From assembly GCA_951406725.2 (NCBI GenBank), contig OX597824.1:19468001-19532000 (forward strand): a DNA stretch of 64,000 nt, given 5' to 3'. Below are positions 42,663-56,280 of the stretch, one piece after another. The notes under the pieces are model-generated. The model was not told where the DNA came from and did no database searches. It saw nothing but the letters and a program-made list of their open reading frames with translations. Source of the stretch: Octopus vulgaris (taxonomy: Eukaryota). Every line of letters starts with the position of its first letter. Position 1 is the stretch's first letter. The position numbers were made by a program, and so were the translations under genes.

Positions 42663-43060
42663 CTCTGTGTGTGTTTGTTTGTGGAGGGTGGAGGTTACTG
42701 ATAAGCGATGGTAACCTGGTTTAAAAGGATGATGTACACACACATACATACTTATATAGAGAGAGAGGGAGAGTAACCGTGAGACGGATAGACAGGTCTG
42801 CTGTGAATGCGTCCGCTTCTTTTCCGCCCTTCTCTCTCTTTCTTTCACTCTCTCTCTCTCTCTCTCTCCTGTATGCTACGCAATGTGTTCTTACTATCCC
42901 AAATAGGGCAACCAGATAAACTAACGAAATAGCCAGCTAAATAACACTCGACCAGCAAATGTAGTTTTTGTGTAGAATGCACACACACACATACATGCCA
43001 CAGGCCACAGGACACTTCTGAGCTCACTTCTCGGTGTGTGTGTGTGTGTGTGTGTGTACG

Positions 43061-43264
43061 CTCTCTTTACTCTTTTACTTGTTTCAGTCATGCGACTGTG
43101 GCCATGCTGGAGCACCGCTTTTAGTCGAGCAAATCGACCCCCAGGACTTTATTCTTTGTAAGCCTTAGTATTTATTCTATCGGTCTATTTTGCCGAACCG
43201 CTAAGATACGGTGAGGTAAACACACCAGCATCGGTTGTCAAGTGATGTTGAGAGAGGGAGACAA

Positions 43265-43319
<55 letters not shown>

Positions 43320-43506
43320 CATATATATACATATATATATACATATATACGACGGGCTTCTTTCAGTTTCCGTCTACCAAATCCACTCACAAGGCTTTGG
43401 TCGGCTCGAGGCTATATTAGAAGGCACTTGCCCAAGGTGCCACGCAGTTGGACTGAACCCAGAACCATGTGGTTGGTAAGCAAGCTACTACTTACCACAC
43501 AGCCAC
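43061..43506 (-). mobile_element. SINE family B
   Basis: Family blocks. Confidence 0.9.
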
Positions 43507-43539
43507 ATATACATATATGTATATATATATATATATATT

Positions 43540-43746
43540 AAGTTAATCCAAACAAGAAAGCACAAAAAAACACAACAACACGAGGACGTAGAACAAATAT
43601 AGTATTATTGGACGCTCAGGAAAGAAGGGAAGAAGGAGGGTTTAACGTTTCGAGCGGAGCTCTTCGTCGGAAACATAGGAGAAAGAAAGATCCAGAGAAG
43701 GGAAGACAGAGGGAAAAAAATCGCCAACAGTACACACGAGGTCACA
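43540..43746 (-). mobile_element. P1 cassette in (TA)n carrying a minimal hammerhead at 43640-43674
   Basis: GTTT CCGACGA A GAGC TCC GCTC GAAA CG TT AAAC; whole cassette is the reverse complement of 47066-47271. Confidence 0.8.
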
Positions 43747-43760
43747 CCAAACCCCCCCCA

Positions 43761-43896
<136 letters not shown>

Positions 43897-44254
43897 GTAC
43901 GACGGCTTCTTTCAGTTTCCGCCTTCTAAATCCTCTTGCAATGCTTTGGTCGCCCGAAGGCTACAGCAGAAGACACTTGCCCAATGTGTCACGCTGTAGG
44001 ACTGAACCCAGAACCATGTGATTGAGAAGCAAGCTTCTTGCTACTTCGTCACGCCTTCGGCGATCTTTCAGTTTTTATCTACGAAATTTATTCACAAGAT
44101 TTTGAGCGCCATGGGGCTGTAGTACTCAATACATGCCCACGGTCCCACGCAGTAGGAGTAACTTCGAAACCGTGAGACTGGGAAGCAAATTCTTAACACA
44201 CGACCACTCTTGCACCGATGCATTAATATAGATGCGTAGATGGACAGACGGATG

Positions 44255-44345
<91 letters not shown>

Positions 44346-44397
44346 GGACGGACGGAGGAACAGACAAACAAACAGATAGACAGACGGACAGACAGAC

Positions 44398-44460
<63 letters not shown>

Positions 44461-44462
<2 letters not shown>

Positions 44463-44590
44463 TATTTATTGGCCACACAGGACAGAACTCAGAGGAGACA
44501 AACCCAAAGTAGAGCTTTTCTTTTTGGGAAGGAAAGAAAAAAAAGGGTGGGGCCAGAAATTCGATCAAAAGGGATCGTGGAAAAAAAAGA
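44461..44590 (-). mobile_element. Second copy of the (GATA)n-inserted retroelement 3' fragment
   Basis: Shares ccacacagg, gtagagcttttctttt and ttcgatcaaaagggatcgt with 27986-28100. Confidence 0.7.
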
Positions 44591-44595
44591 CAGAC

Positions 44596-44706
<111 letters not shown>

Positions 44707-45022
44707 CAGACAGTCAGACAAAACACAGGCGGACAGCCTGAGAAGGTGGTTAATCCACTATTTGATTTGCTCTTAAATGAACGAGTGACTTCTGTACTTG
44801 CGAGGCCGATGCACTCTTAACGTAATTCGCCGGCAGAGTCTCGGATTCAAGCAGGATGTGACAGAGCTGTAGCTTTTGAACTGCACTTACAAACCACTCC
44901 GTAGGCTTCTGCATAGTTTCCGTTCGCTCAATTTCATTCGCAACTTGCGGAATCGAACCCGCGACCGCGTGATTGCGAAGCGACATACCGAACCGTTTTC
45001 CCCCATACTTCGCCTACTCTGC

Positions 45023-45083
<61 letters not shown>

Positions 45084-45321
45084 CAGGCGTGGCGATGTGG
45101 TGAGATGCTTTCTTCCCAACCGCATGGTTCGGAGTTCAGTCCCATTGCGTGGCACCTTAGACGTGTGTCTTCTACTTTAGTAAGTATTGAGTTCGATTCG
45201 TGCGATGAAAATACTTCAATGCGGCTCATTAGCATGGCCGCGACCCTATGGCTTAGTTAATGAATTATTTAATTAATATATGTGTGTGTGTTTGTGTGTG
45301 TATGTGCGTGTGTGTGTGTCT

Positions 45322-45377
<56 letters not shown>

Positions 45378-45379
<2 letters not shown>

Positions 45380-45589
45380 ACCGGAGTAAGCAGAAAAATG
45401 TGAAAAAGGTGGTAAAAGTACTCAAATACCAGAGGTAGAGTAATGTGCTTTATTTAAAAGCAGAAGAAATATAACAAAAGCTGTTACTCAGAGTTTCACG
45501 TTCCAGTTCGTCGGACAAAACTCTCCGACGAACGGGAACTTGAAACTCTGAGTAACAGCTTTTATTATATTTCTGCTGCTTTTAAATAA

Positions 45590-45591
<2 letters not shown>
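45378..45591. mobile_element. Fold-back cassette: ~70-bp arms (45448-45591), each carrying a minimal hammerhead
   Basis: Arm consensus TGT CCGACGA ACG GGAA CGT GAAA CTC T GAG TA ACA (45482-45517 -, 45521-45558 +). Confidence 0.8.
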
Positions 45592-45642
<51 letters not shown>

Positions 45643-45765
45643 ACAAGATAAGGGCAGAAGAAAAATTCTCATGCCAGATATACCGAAACAAAAAATTGTC
45701 GATAACCATTATAATTTATGCGTCTCGAAACAAACCGATAGAAATCTCTAAAAAAATTCGTTATG

Positions 45766-45822
45766 ACCGTATTAGTACAATTTCGGGGTTAATTCATAAG
45801 AAATTGTCCTCTCTTCAGCGGC
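45766..45822 (-). ncRNA. Type-I hammerhead ribozyme, canonical core
   Basis: GCCG CTGAAGA GAGG...CCCC GAAA TTG TAC TAA TA CGGT; AUA site. Confidence 0.72.
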
Positions 45823-45876
45823 AAATACGTGAGATATAAATGAAATACTTACTCATACCCATGGAAAAATATATGT

Positions 45877-46860
45877 TATTTGACTGTGGCCATGCTGGAG
45901 CACCGCCTTTAGTCGAGCAAATCGACCACAGGACTTGTTCTTTGTAAGCCTAGTACTTATTCTATCGGTTTCATTTTTCGAGTCACTATGTCACGGTGAC
46001 GTAAACACACCAGCATCTGTTGTCAAGCGATGGGGGAGACAAACACAGACACACAAGCACATGCGTGTATATATATATATATATATATATATATCTTACT
46101 CTCTTACTTGTTTCAGTCATTTGACTGCGGCCATGCTAGAGCACCGCCTTTAGTCGATCAAATCGACCCCGGGACTTATTCTTTGTAAGCCTAGTACTTA
46201 TTCCATCGGTCTCTTTTTGCCGAACCGCTAAGTGACGGGGACGTAAACACACCAGCATCGGTTGTCAAGCAATGCTAGGGGGACAAACACAGACACACAA
46301 ACACACACATATATATATATATACATATATACGACAGGCTTCTTTTCAGTTTCCGTCTACCAAATCCACTCACAAGGCATTGGTCGGCCCGGAGCTATAG
46401 CAGAAGACACTTGCCCAAGATGCCACGCAGTGAGACTGAACCCGGAACCATGTGGTTGGTTAGCAAGCTACTTACCACACAGCCACTCCTGCGCCTATAT
46501 ATATATATATATATGCATATGTATGTATGCATACAGGGAGAATTCACATAAAGCAAAAGACGAAGACAGGTGTGTAGAAAACAAACAGATATATTAGTAT
46601 AACGCTTAGGAAGTGAAAAAGTCTTTAACGTTTCGAGCTTACGCTCTTCAACAGAAAGGAACACAGACAGAAACAAGGACAGAAAGTAAAGAATGTGTAG
46701 TGGCTAAGCGATGAGCTTTTTTCAGTTTCGGTCTACCACTCACAAGGCTTTACTCAACCCGGGGCTATCGTAGAAGACACGCGCACAAGGCGTCATGCAG
46801 TGGAACTGAACCCAGAATCATGTGGTTGGGAAGCAAGCTTCTTACCACACAGCCACGCCT
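45877..46860 (-). mobile_element. SINE B copies: 45877-46060 (3' half), 46095-46495 (full), 46715-46860 (head)
   Basis: Family blocks. Confidence 0.88.
46623..46658 (-). ncRNA. Minimal hammerhead motif in a P1-related cassette (46537-46712), core variant CTGTTGA
   Basis: CTTT CTGTTGA A GAGC GTAA GCTC GAAA CG TT AAAG. Confidence 0.6.
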
Positions 46861-46870
46861 GATCTATATA

Positions 46871-46988
<118 letters not shown>

Positions 46989-47135
46989 ATTTCTGCTGCT
47001 TTTAAATAAAGCACATTACTCTACCTCTGGTATTTGAGTACTCTTCTTTCCACCTTGTTTCAAAATGTGACCGCGTGTGTATCGTTGGCGATTTTTTCCT
47101 CCGTCTTCCCTTCTCTGGACCTTTCCTTTTCCTAT

Positions 47136-47170
47136 GTTTCTGACGAAGAGCTCCGCTCGAAACGTTGAAT
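47136..47170 (+). ncRNA. Minimal type-I hammerhead in P1 cassette (47066-47271)
   Basis: GTTT CTGACGA A GAGC TCC GCTC GAAA CG TT GAAT; palindromic ACGT stem III with no loop. Confidence 0.75.
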
Positions 47171-47267
47171 CCTCCTACTTTCCTTCTTTCCTGAGCGTCC
47201 AATAATACTATACTTGTTCCACGTCCTCGCGTTGTTGTGTTTTCTCATTGTGTTTTCATGTTTGGAT

Positions 47268-47331
<64 letters not shown>

Positions 47332-47346
47332 CACACACACACACAC

Positions 47347-47389
<43 letters not shown>

Positions 47390-48071
47390 TTCATTCATAT
47401 AAATATATCATTACAACCCTTCACTGGCCATCGCAGAATGGTCAGTGTCTGGTCAATAAATACTGTCCAGTGATTGTGTTTCTGTTTGAACTGATGAAGG
47501 AGTCAGCTTCTCCATTTTCCTTCGAAACAGCAGCTAAATTCCCCCCTCAAATCGTACCCAATTATCGAAAATGTACATATTAGATACTTTACAGGTGGAA
47601 TGAGCATTTTCTGTAAAAACAAAAAAGAAAAGAAAAGTAACAAAGAAAACAAATTACGTAGAGGTCACGGCCGGGATGTCTCTGATTATATTAGTATCAG
47701 TACTGACCTTTGGCTAAAGATAATGGATAACAGCTATCTTACATTCGTCTTCAAAGTCAAGATACTACCGTCTCGTACATGGATAAGCCAAGTGCTAGAA
47801 ATAGCAACCAAATCTGTCGCAGAAAAGTTTCATGGTTTTTATACTGTGTTGGCGAAAATATTTACTCAATATATTTGTGCACACACGCACACGCACACAC
47901 ACACACACACATATATATATGTATGTATATATATATATATATACATATGCATGCATATACATACATATATATGTATATATATATATGTGTGTGTATAAAT
48001 ATATGTATACATGCATATGTATATATGTGTATGTATATATATAAATATATATACATTTATTTATATATATG

Positions 48072-48120
<49 letters not shown>

Positions 48121-48155
48121 ATGTATGTATGTATGTATGTATGTATGTATGTATG

Positions 48156-48372
48156 TGTTTGTGTGTCTGTGTTTGTCACACACACACCCAACATCGCTTG
48201 ACAACCGATGCTGGTGTGTTTACGTCCGCGTAACATAGCCATTCGGCAAAAGAAACCGATAGAATAAGTACTGGGCTTACAAAGAATAAGTCCTGGGGTC
48301 GATTTTCTCGACCAAAGATGGTTATCCAGCATGGCCGCAGTCAAATGACTGAAACAAGTAAAAGAGTAAAAG
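48156..48372 (+). mobile_element. SINE B 3' half
   Basis: Family blocks. Confidence 0.88.
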
Positions 48373-48621
48373 TGTATATATATATACACACTGTGCATAT
48401 ACATACATTTCAGCATACGCACAAGCATTAACATAGGCGTACACTGATATACACGCATACAAATTGACACACATATTGCATACATTTTTTTCCATATATA
48501 CGCTTAAAACATTTTTGTAGATTATGGAAGGGGTTTTAGTTCTTGTGAAATAGAGTGAAGTTATTACGTGTGTGTGTGTGAGAGAAAGTGTGTGTGCGTG
48601 TGTGTGTGTGTGTGTGTGTTT

Positions 48622-48666
<45 letters not shown>

Positions 48667-48839
48667 TGTGTGTGTGTGTGTGTGTGTGGTTTCATGAAAG
48701 TGTGCAGTGACCAAGCCACAATGTTAATCACACGAAAGAGCGCGCAGCAGCGCGCGCATGAAAACGCACACATACGGTCACAAAAACACACACACATGCA
48801 TATATAGAAAGAGAGAGAGAGAGAAATATTTATGTGTAT

Positions 48840-48891
<52 letters not shown>

Positions 48892-49113
48892 GAAACGTAT
48901 ATGTATGTATGTTTGTATAATAGAAGCGTGTTAGGCGGAAGGGAGATAGAAAGAGAGGGAGAGAGAGATAAAGAAGAACCATATATTTAGAGAGAGAGGT
49001 AGGTAGTAGAGAGAGAGAGGTAGGTAGTAGAGAGAGAGAGGTAGGTAGTAGAGAGAGAGAGAAAGCGAGAGAGAGAGAGACTGAGGTTACTACAGTAAGC
49101 GAAAAAAGGACAA

Positions 49114-49146
<33 letters not shown>

Positions 49147-49335
49147 TAGTCTACGAGAGAGAGAGAGAGAGAAGGAGAGTGAGGGGGAGGGAGAGCCCAG
49201 TGTTACAACAAGCTCTACATTCCTTTACTAGCCTCAACAGTGAAAAACCAGTCTGGACAAGAGACAGCCTCGTTTCACCCGAGAGGCAGCCTGCTGGTTG
49301 TTTAGGAGGGTGGAGTGTAGATCATGTGTGTGAGT

Positions 49336-49371
<36 letters not shown>

Positions 49372-49518
49372 ATCTGTATAAGTGTGTGTGTGTTTATGTG
49401 TGTGTATGCGTGGGGGGGGGGCTTGTCTGTGTGTCTGCGACGCCGTCTATGCCGACCTAACCGTGCGTGGCCACGTACATACGTAAATACACATGTTGTA
49501 TATTATAATATACGTATG

Positions 49519-49551
<33 letters not shown>

Positions 49552-49817
49552 GCATGTATGTATGTATGTATGTGTGTGTGTATGTATATGTAATGCGTGC
49601 GCTTGTTGGTAGTTTACTAGTGCGGCTTTTGTGTCTGGCTAAAAAGTATACTTTAGAAAATAATTGCAGATATGGTTTTATGGTTAAAGAGGACAACTTC
49701 GTAAACCACGTGGTTCCGACACAGCTCCAGAGAGAGAGTAACCAGAGTAATTTTTTGTCTTACGCTTTTGTAGACGCGGCCGAGAATTTTGCTTGACAAA
49801 AGCAGAGTAGGTTTCCG

Positions 49818-49892
<75 letters not shown>

Positions 49893-50085
49893 CTTTTATT
49901 CTTTTACTTGTTTCAGTCATTTGACTGCGGCCATGCTGGAGCACCACCTTTAATCGAGCAGATCGACGGCCAGTACTTATTCTTTGTAAGGTTAGTACTT
50001 ATTCTATCGGTCTTTTTTGCTGAACCGCTAATGTTAAAGGGACGTAAACACGCCAACAACGGTTACAAGCGATGGTGGAGAACAA

Positions 50086-50145
<60 letters not shown>

Positions 50146-51173
50146 TTTTGTTTCAGTCATTTTGACTGCGGCCATGCTGGAGCACCGCCTTTAATCGAGC
50201 AAATCGACCCCAGAACTTATTCTTTGTAAGGCTAGCACTTATTCTATCGGTGTATTTTGCCAAACCGCTATGGTACGGGGACGTAAACAACACTAACATC
50301 GGTTGTCAAGCGATGTTGAGGGGGACAAGCACAGACTCAAACACACGCACACACACACACACACACACACGTATATATATATATTTATATGCATATATCT
50401 ATATATATATATGACGGGCTTCTTTCAGTTTCCGTCTATCAAATTCACTCACAAGGCTTTGGTCGGCCCGAGGCTATAGTAGAACACACTCACCCAAGGT
50501 CTCACGCAGGGGGACTGAACCCGGAACCATATGGTTTGTAAGCAAACTACATACCACACAGCAACTCCTGCACACTCACGCTCACACACATACATATATA
50601 CATCATTTATCTTTTACTTGTTTCAGTCATTAGACTGCGGCCATGCTGGGGCACCACCTTGAAGAATTTTTAGTTGAAGTTATTGACCCCAGGATTTATT
50701 TTTTTTTAAAGCCTGGTACTTAATTTATCGGATCCCTTTTTTCCGAACCGCTAGGTACGGGAACGTCGACACACCAGCACCGGTTGTCCAGCGGTGGGGT
50801 GGGCACAAGGACACACAGACACACATATATACTACGATGTTCTTTCAGTTACCACCTGCCAAATCCACTCACAAGGCTTTGGTCAGCCTGGGGCTATAGT
50901 GGAAGACACTTGCCCGAGGTGTTACGCAGTGGGGCTGAACCCGGAACCTTGTGGCTGGAAAGCAAGCTTATTACCACTCAGCCACGCCTAAATATAGGAA
51001 TGGAGAATTATACATGCAGGCGTGGCTGTGTGGTAAGAAGCTTGCTTCCCAACCACATGGTTCTGGGTTCAGTCCCACTGCGTGGTACCTGGGGCAAGTG
51101 TCTTCCACTATAGCCCCAGGCTGACCAAAGCCTTGTGAGTGGATTTGGTAGATGGAAATTGAAAGAAGTCGTC

Positions 51174-51251
<78 letters not shown>

Positions 51252-51580
51252 AGGAGTTCAAGGTTCAGTCCCACTGCATGGCACCTTGGGCAAGTGTCTT
51301 CTACTATAGCCTCGGGCCGACCAAAGTCTTGCGAGTGGATTTGGTAAACGGAAACTGAAGGAAGCCCGTCATATATATATATATATATATGAGTGTGTGT
51401 GTGTGTGTGTGTGTGCATAAGTATGTATGTATGTGTGTGTGTCAGCGCGGTTGTGTGTCTGTGCAAAAGAGCCCGATAGAATAAGTATTAGGCTTACAAA
51501 GAATAAGTCCTGGAGTCGATTTGTTTGACTAAAGGCGGTGCTCCAGCGTGGTCGCAGTCAAATGACTGAAACAAGAAAAA
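49893..51580. mobile_element. Dense SINE B cluster: three - copies (49893-50100, 50143-50570, 50608-50988) then two + copies (51017-51175, 51247-51580)
   Basis: Family blocks. Confidence 0.9.
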
Positions 51581-52220
51581 TAATCCTCAAAAATTTGTTC
51601 ATTACAGTATTATACACAATACATTCACCTTAAATTTCTGCCCGACACGTGTTTCTATTGCATAGATACCTGAAGGCGTGACATCCAGTTTCATCCTGTT
51701 GGTTGAACTGTTTTATAAGTTCAACCAAGGTATACGTATCCATGCAGCTTTATTCAAGGTGTAACTACTACGGGTTTCTTCCCGTTGTTCCATGTCATTC
51801 GATGTGGTTTGCCAGTATCTGGATTGTACTAGGGCACTTGTCCCTATTCCTTCATGTTATATATAATTATTTATATTTTACTTTAGTTCGTTATTGCTGT
51901 TTGTTTGCAAGATTCTTGATGTGAATTTGTGCATCGCAATAAATCTTATCTTGGGAGGGTCATTGCACCAATAATAATAACACACGCACAGGTTTGATAC
52001 CACTTCTTTGTTGTTAGTCAATTCGTTAAATATCTCATCAGCTAAGTTATCGATTATGCGTTAAACAATCAATCGGTTATTCGATAGTGAAAGTTCTTTC
52101 GTCGGTATTCATAACCTTATCAATTACTTTCCTTCTCTCTACTCCCTTCATTCTCTAATCTGAGTCTGTTCAAGAACTTGTCTTATACATGCGTGCATGT
52201 ATGCCTGTATGTGTATTTGT

Positions 52221-52839
52221 AGATGTGTGAGGTACCTCCTCTTTCTTTACTACCCACAAGGGGCTAAACACAGAGAAGACAAACAAGGACAGACAAACGG
52301 ATTAGGTCGATTACATCGACCCCAGTGCTTAGCTGGTACTTAATCTAGCGACCCCGAAAGGATGAAAGGCAAAGTCGACCTCGGCGGAATTTGAACTCAG
52401 AACGTAACTGCAGACGAAATACCTATTTCTTTACTACCCACAAAGGGCTAAACATAGAGAGGACAAACAAGGACAGACAAACGGATTAAGTCGATTATAT
52501 CGACCCCAGTGCGTAACTGGTACTTAATTTATCGATCCCGAAAGGATGAAAGGCAAAGTCGACCTCGGCGGAATTTGAACTCAGAACGTAACGACTGACG
52601 AAATACCTATTTCTTTACTACCCACAAGGGGCTAAACACAGAGGGGACAAACAAGGACAGACAAAGGGATTAAGTCGATTAGATCGACCCCAGTGCGTAA
52701 CTGGTATTTAATTTATCGATCCCGAAAGGATGAAAGGCAAAGTCTCCCTCGGCGGATTTTGAACTCTGGACGTAACGCCAGAGGAAATACGGCTACGCAT
52801 TTCGCCCGGCGTGCTAGCGTTTCTGCCAGCTCGCCGCCT
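52221..52839 (-). mobile_element. SINE A head-to-tail trimer (~183-bp period) with a single complete head
   Basis: Junction gacgaaatac|ctatttctttactacccacaa at about 52422 and 52606. Confidence 0.92.
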
Positions 52840-53200
52840 TTGTGAAAGGTAACTCCTCTTCTTAAAAAATATACATCTGCACACATGCACCTATAAGGAT
52901 AAACGCCTGCTTTCAAAAAAAAACCTACGTGACTAAAAGACCTACAGAAAACTCGAAAGAGCAGATGAGTTAAACCAGAACCTGACATCTTCTGCGGCCT
53001 CGAGGGTGTTGCGAACGTATTGCCTTGTCTTTCCTTCGGAGCGCATCCACAATTGGAGGGTGGGTAAGAGTGGTTGGGGCTCGGTGTTTGCTTCTGGAAA
53101 CAACAGAATAGTTTGATCGCCGACGACGGAAGAAGGCGAACCCACAAATTATGTTTACACAGGTATATGTATACATGTATAAACGCCCCCTCTCTCTCTA

Positions 53201-53265
<65 letters not shown>

Positions 53266-53425
53266 TACACGCATCCATACACACACATATGTGCACTAGT
53301 TTGATATTGTACTGCAGGTCGAGTTACGATGTAATTCGATCTTTATGCACTTGCTGAACATGGGAACAACATATTATGTGAACGTGAGTATATACACATA
53401 CACACTTTTATTACTATTTTTACTA

Positions 53426-53960
53426 TTGGTTTGTCCGGAAAGTTTGTGCCGATTTATAGTAGCTTACCTTTCGACTTATTTTAGAACATGGTTGAGTCCA
53501 TAAAATAGCATTTGACTACACTTCCATTTAGAGCACAGTTTAAGCTATCTTTTCGTGGAAGAAGGTTTATGTTCCTATAACCTGCGTTAAATCTGTAACC
53601 CTTTAAAATGGAAGATAAGTAAGTTCATTTTCGGCACTTGATGCTTTGGGAACCAGACAAAAATTGCTGCAGCTCGGCTGGGATGTGTTACCCTACCCTC
53701 CATATTCACCTGATATTGCTCCTTCGGATTTCCACTTATTCAGGTCTCTGCAGAATAGTCTTAATGGTAAAAATTTCAATTCCTTGGATGAAGTAAAAAG
53801 ATACGTTGATGAATTCTTTGCCATGAAACCACTTCAGTTTTGGGAAGAGGGTATTTTCAAGTTAAAGGTTCATATTTGGTTGGTTAAAAATGTAATGGCA
53901 AGTATTTATTGACCTTTTCCTTTCCTTTAAAAATCAGTACGAACTTTCCGAACAACCCAA
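53426..53960 (+). mobile_element. Non-autonomous mariner, same family as 8876-9431
   Basis: TIRs with TA at 53424-25 and 53961-62; YPPYSPDIAPSDFHLFRSLQNSL. Confidence 0.93.
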
Positions 53961-54099
53961 TAATATTAATAGATATGTGCGTGTGCCTATGTATGTATGT
54001 ATGTATGTATGTATGTATGTATGTATGTATGTATGTATGTATGTATGTATGTATGTATGTATGTATGTGTGTGTGTATGTATGTATGTATGTGATGGAT

Positions 54100-54478
54100 G
54101 GAAGCACTCCGTCGGTTACGACGATGAGGGTTCCGGTTGATCCGAATCAACGGAACAGCCTGTTCGTGAAATTAACGTGTAAGTGGCTGAGCACTCTACA
54201 GACACGTGTACCCTTAACGTAGTTCTCGGGGATATTCAGCGTGACACAGAGAGGGACAAGGCCGGCCCCTTGAAATACAGGTACAACAGAAACAGGAAGT
54301 AAGAGTGAGAGAAAGTTGTGGTGAAAGAGTACAGCAGGGATCACCACCATCCCCTGCCGGAGCCTCGTGGAGCTTATAGGTGTTTTCGCTCAATAAACAC
54401 TCACAACGCCCGGTCTGGTAATCGAAACCGCGACCCTATGACCGCGAGTCCGCTGCCCTAACCACTGGGCCATTGCGC
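54100..54478 (-). mobile_element. Chimeric SINE: D head and body plus C 3' half
   Basis: 54290-54478 matches 7665-7855; 54100-54288 matches the reverse complement of 4765-4946. Confidence 0.88.
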
Positions 54479-54492
54479 ATCATGTATGTATG

Positions 54493-54526
<34 letters not shown>

Positions 54527-54768
54527 TGTATGTATGTTGACGCAGTAAGACTAAATGGCTAACATTGGCAACGAAATTCATTCCCATTGCAGGAAGCCAA
54601 TAGTTGGAGCCTTCGAAGATAATTTCGGAAATAGCAATGCTTTGTGAGAGAGTAAGGTAGAGGCAAACTGTCAGAACTTTGTCGTCTCTCTTTCTCTCTC
54701 CCCACCATATACATATACAAAGAGAGAGAGTTAGAAAGAGAGACGATAAAATTCTGACAGTTTACCAG

Positions 54769-54841
<73 letters not shown>

Positions 54842-55010
54842 ACTCTTTTACTCTTTTGTTTCAGTCATTTGACTGTGGCCATGCTGGAGCACCGCCGTTT
54901 AGTCCAGCAAATCGACTCCACACACACGCATGAAGGCTTCGAATGTCCCGTCCGTGTTTTTTGTATCGTCTTCTAAATGTTTTACGTTCTTGTCCCAGTT
55001 TGTATTTTTC

Positions 55011-55049
<39 letters not shown>

Positions 55050-55052
<3 letters not shown>

Positions 55053-55458
55053 TATATAAAATCCGTTCTGTCTGTTTGTGTGTGTCTTCTCAGATCTCGG
55101 GCATCCTCCATCCGATTGCGCCCAAATTTGATGTGTAGACACCTACGGTATCAGGACGTTTATAAGTCTTGAAAAAATTACAAAAATCGATTCCAGGTGA
55201 GAATGCGATCGATAAAGCCGTGGGAACATTCATTTGTACGCGCATGTACATCAGCTGTTGCGATCGATACTACGCGTACGCAAGAAAAATGCACGTGTAG
55301 TTTACGCAAAAAAAGCCGGCTGGCTTGAAATAATGCCACAAAATGCAGTATATTTAAGAGACCAAAAAAGTAAGATGCCACAGAGATATTTTCTTCAAAT
55401 TTGGCATGAAAGAAGGAAAGACTATTTGGTTTCTCAAGAAGTTTTTTCTTTAACTTCG

Positions 55459-55460
<2 letters not shown>
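55050..55460 (+). mobile_element. Possible non-autonomous Helitron-like 5' fragment
   Basis: TC-TTATATAAAA start, tctgtctgt tract and ccgatt...aaatttg block resemble Helitron 5' ends; no 3' hairpin/CTAG seen. Confidence 0.35.
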
Positions 55461-55491
<31 letters not shown>

Positions 55492-55532
55492 TTAGGGAAA
55501 GATGAATTTATAAAGAAATTTTTTTCTGCGAG

Positions 55533-55736
55533 CAGATCTGATTTTGATTCGTTAAAAAATTGATGACGTTTTTCTTCCGTGGTCAAGCTTGTCGTTCTGC
55601 TTGGCTGGTTTCCTTACAGGATACAGTTATGGGTCAGATCTGATTTTGATTCGTTAAAAAATTGATGACGTTTTTCTTCCGTGGTCAAGCTTGTCGTTCT
55701 GCTTGGTTGGTTTCCTTACAGGATACAGTTATGGGT
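55533..55736. repeat. 102-bp direct tandem duplication, one substitution
   Basis: 55533-55634 and 55635-55736. Confidence 0.95.
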
Positions 55737-56239
55737 CTTTTCCTTGTATTCGTTGAAGTTTGGTTTTGATTGGTTTGGAATTATGTGACGTCAGTGAACA
55801 GTGCCAGTGAACCGACCGCTACTGCTATTGCTGCTGCCACAACTTAACTGCTACAACCCCAACCACCACCACCAAGGTTGCCAAAATTACGACCAACAGT
55901 AACAGCCACAGGTTACTACTACTACAACCAACAATCACTACTGTTGCTACCATTGGAACACAAGGTAACAAAAAAAGCGGTTCCTTTTGATACCAGCAAG
56001 AAACAATAATGGACTTCTTCACTACACTCAACAGTAATATAGCGATTATACCAACTACCGACGAAACACCACCACATGGATTCTATTGAGAACAGTAAGA
56101 AACGATTATGAACTTTTCTATTGCACTTTTAATGATATATTTGATAAGGTTCGTTTTTTCAAGAACCGAAACATGTAAAATTCATTAGAAAATTAAAATT
56201 TATCTAATATAGTGGCGTTTTCAAACTTCTTTTTTACAA

Positions 56240-56280
<41 letters not shown>

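Noticed and set aside
51640-51660. GAAAC-ACGT-GTC (minus strand) hammerhead 3' half
   Set aside because: Matching CUGANGA half not found.
52221-52839. CRISPR-like or satellite array
   Set aside because: Units are whole SINE bodies without unique spacers; eukaryotic context.
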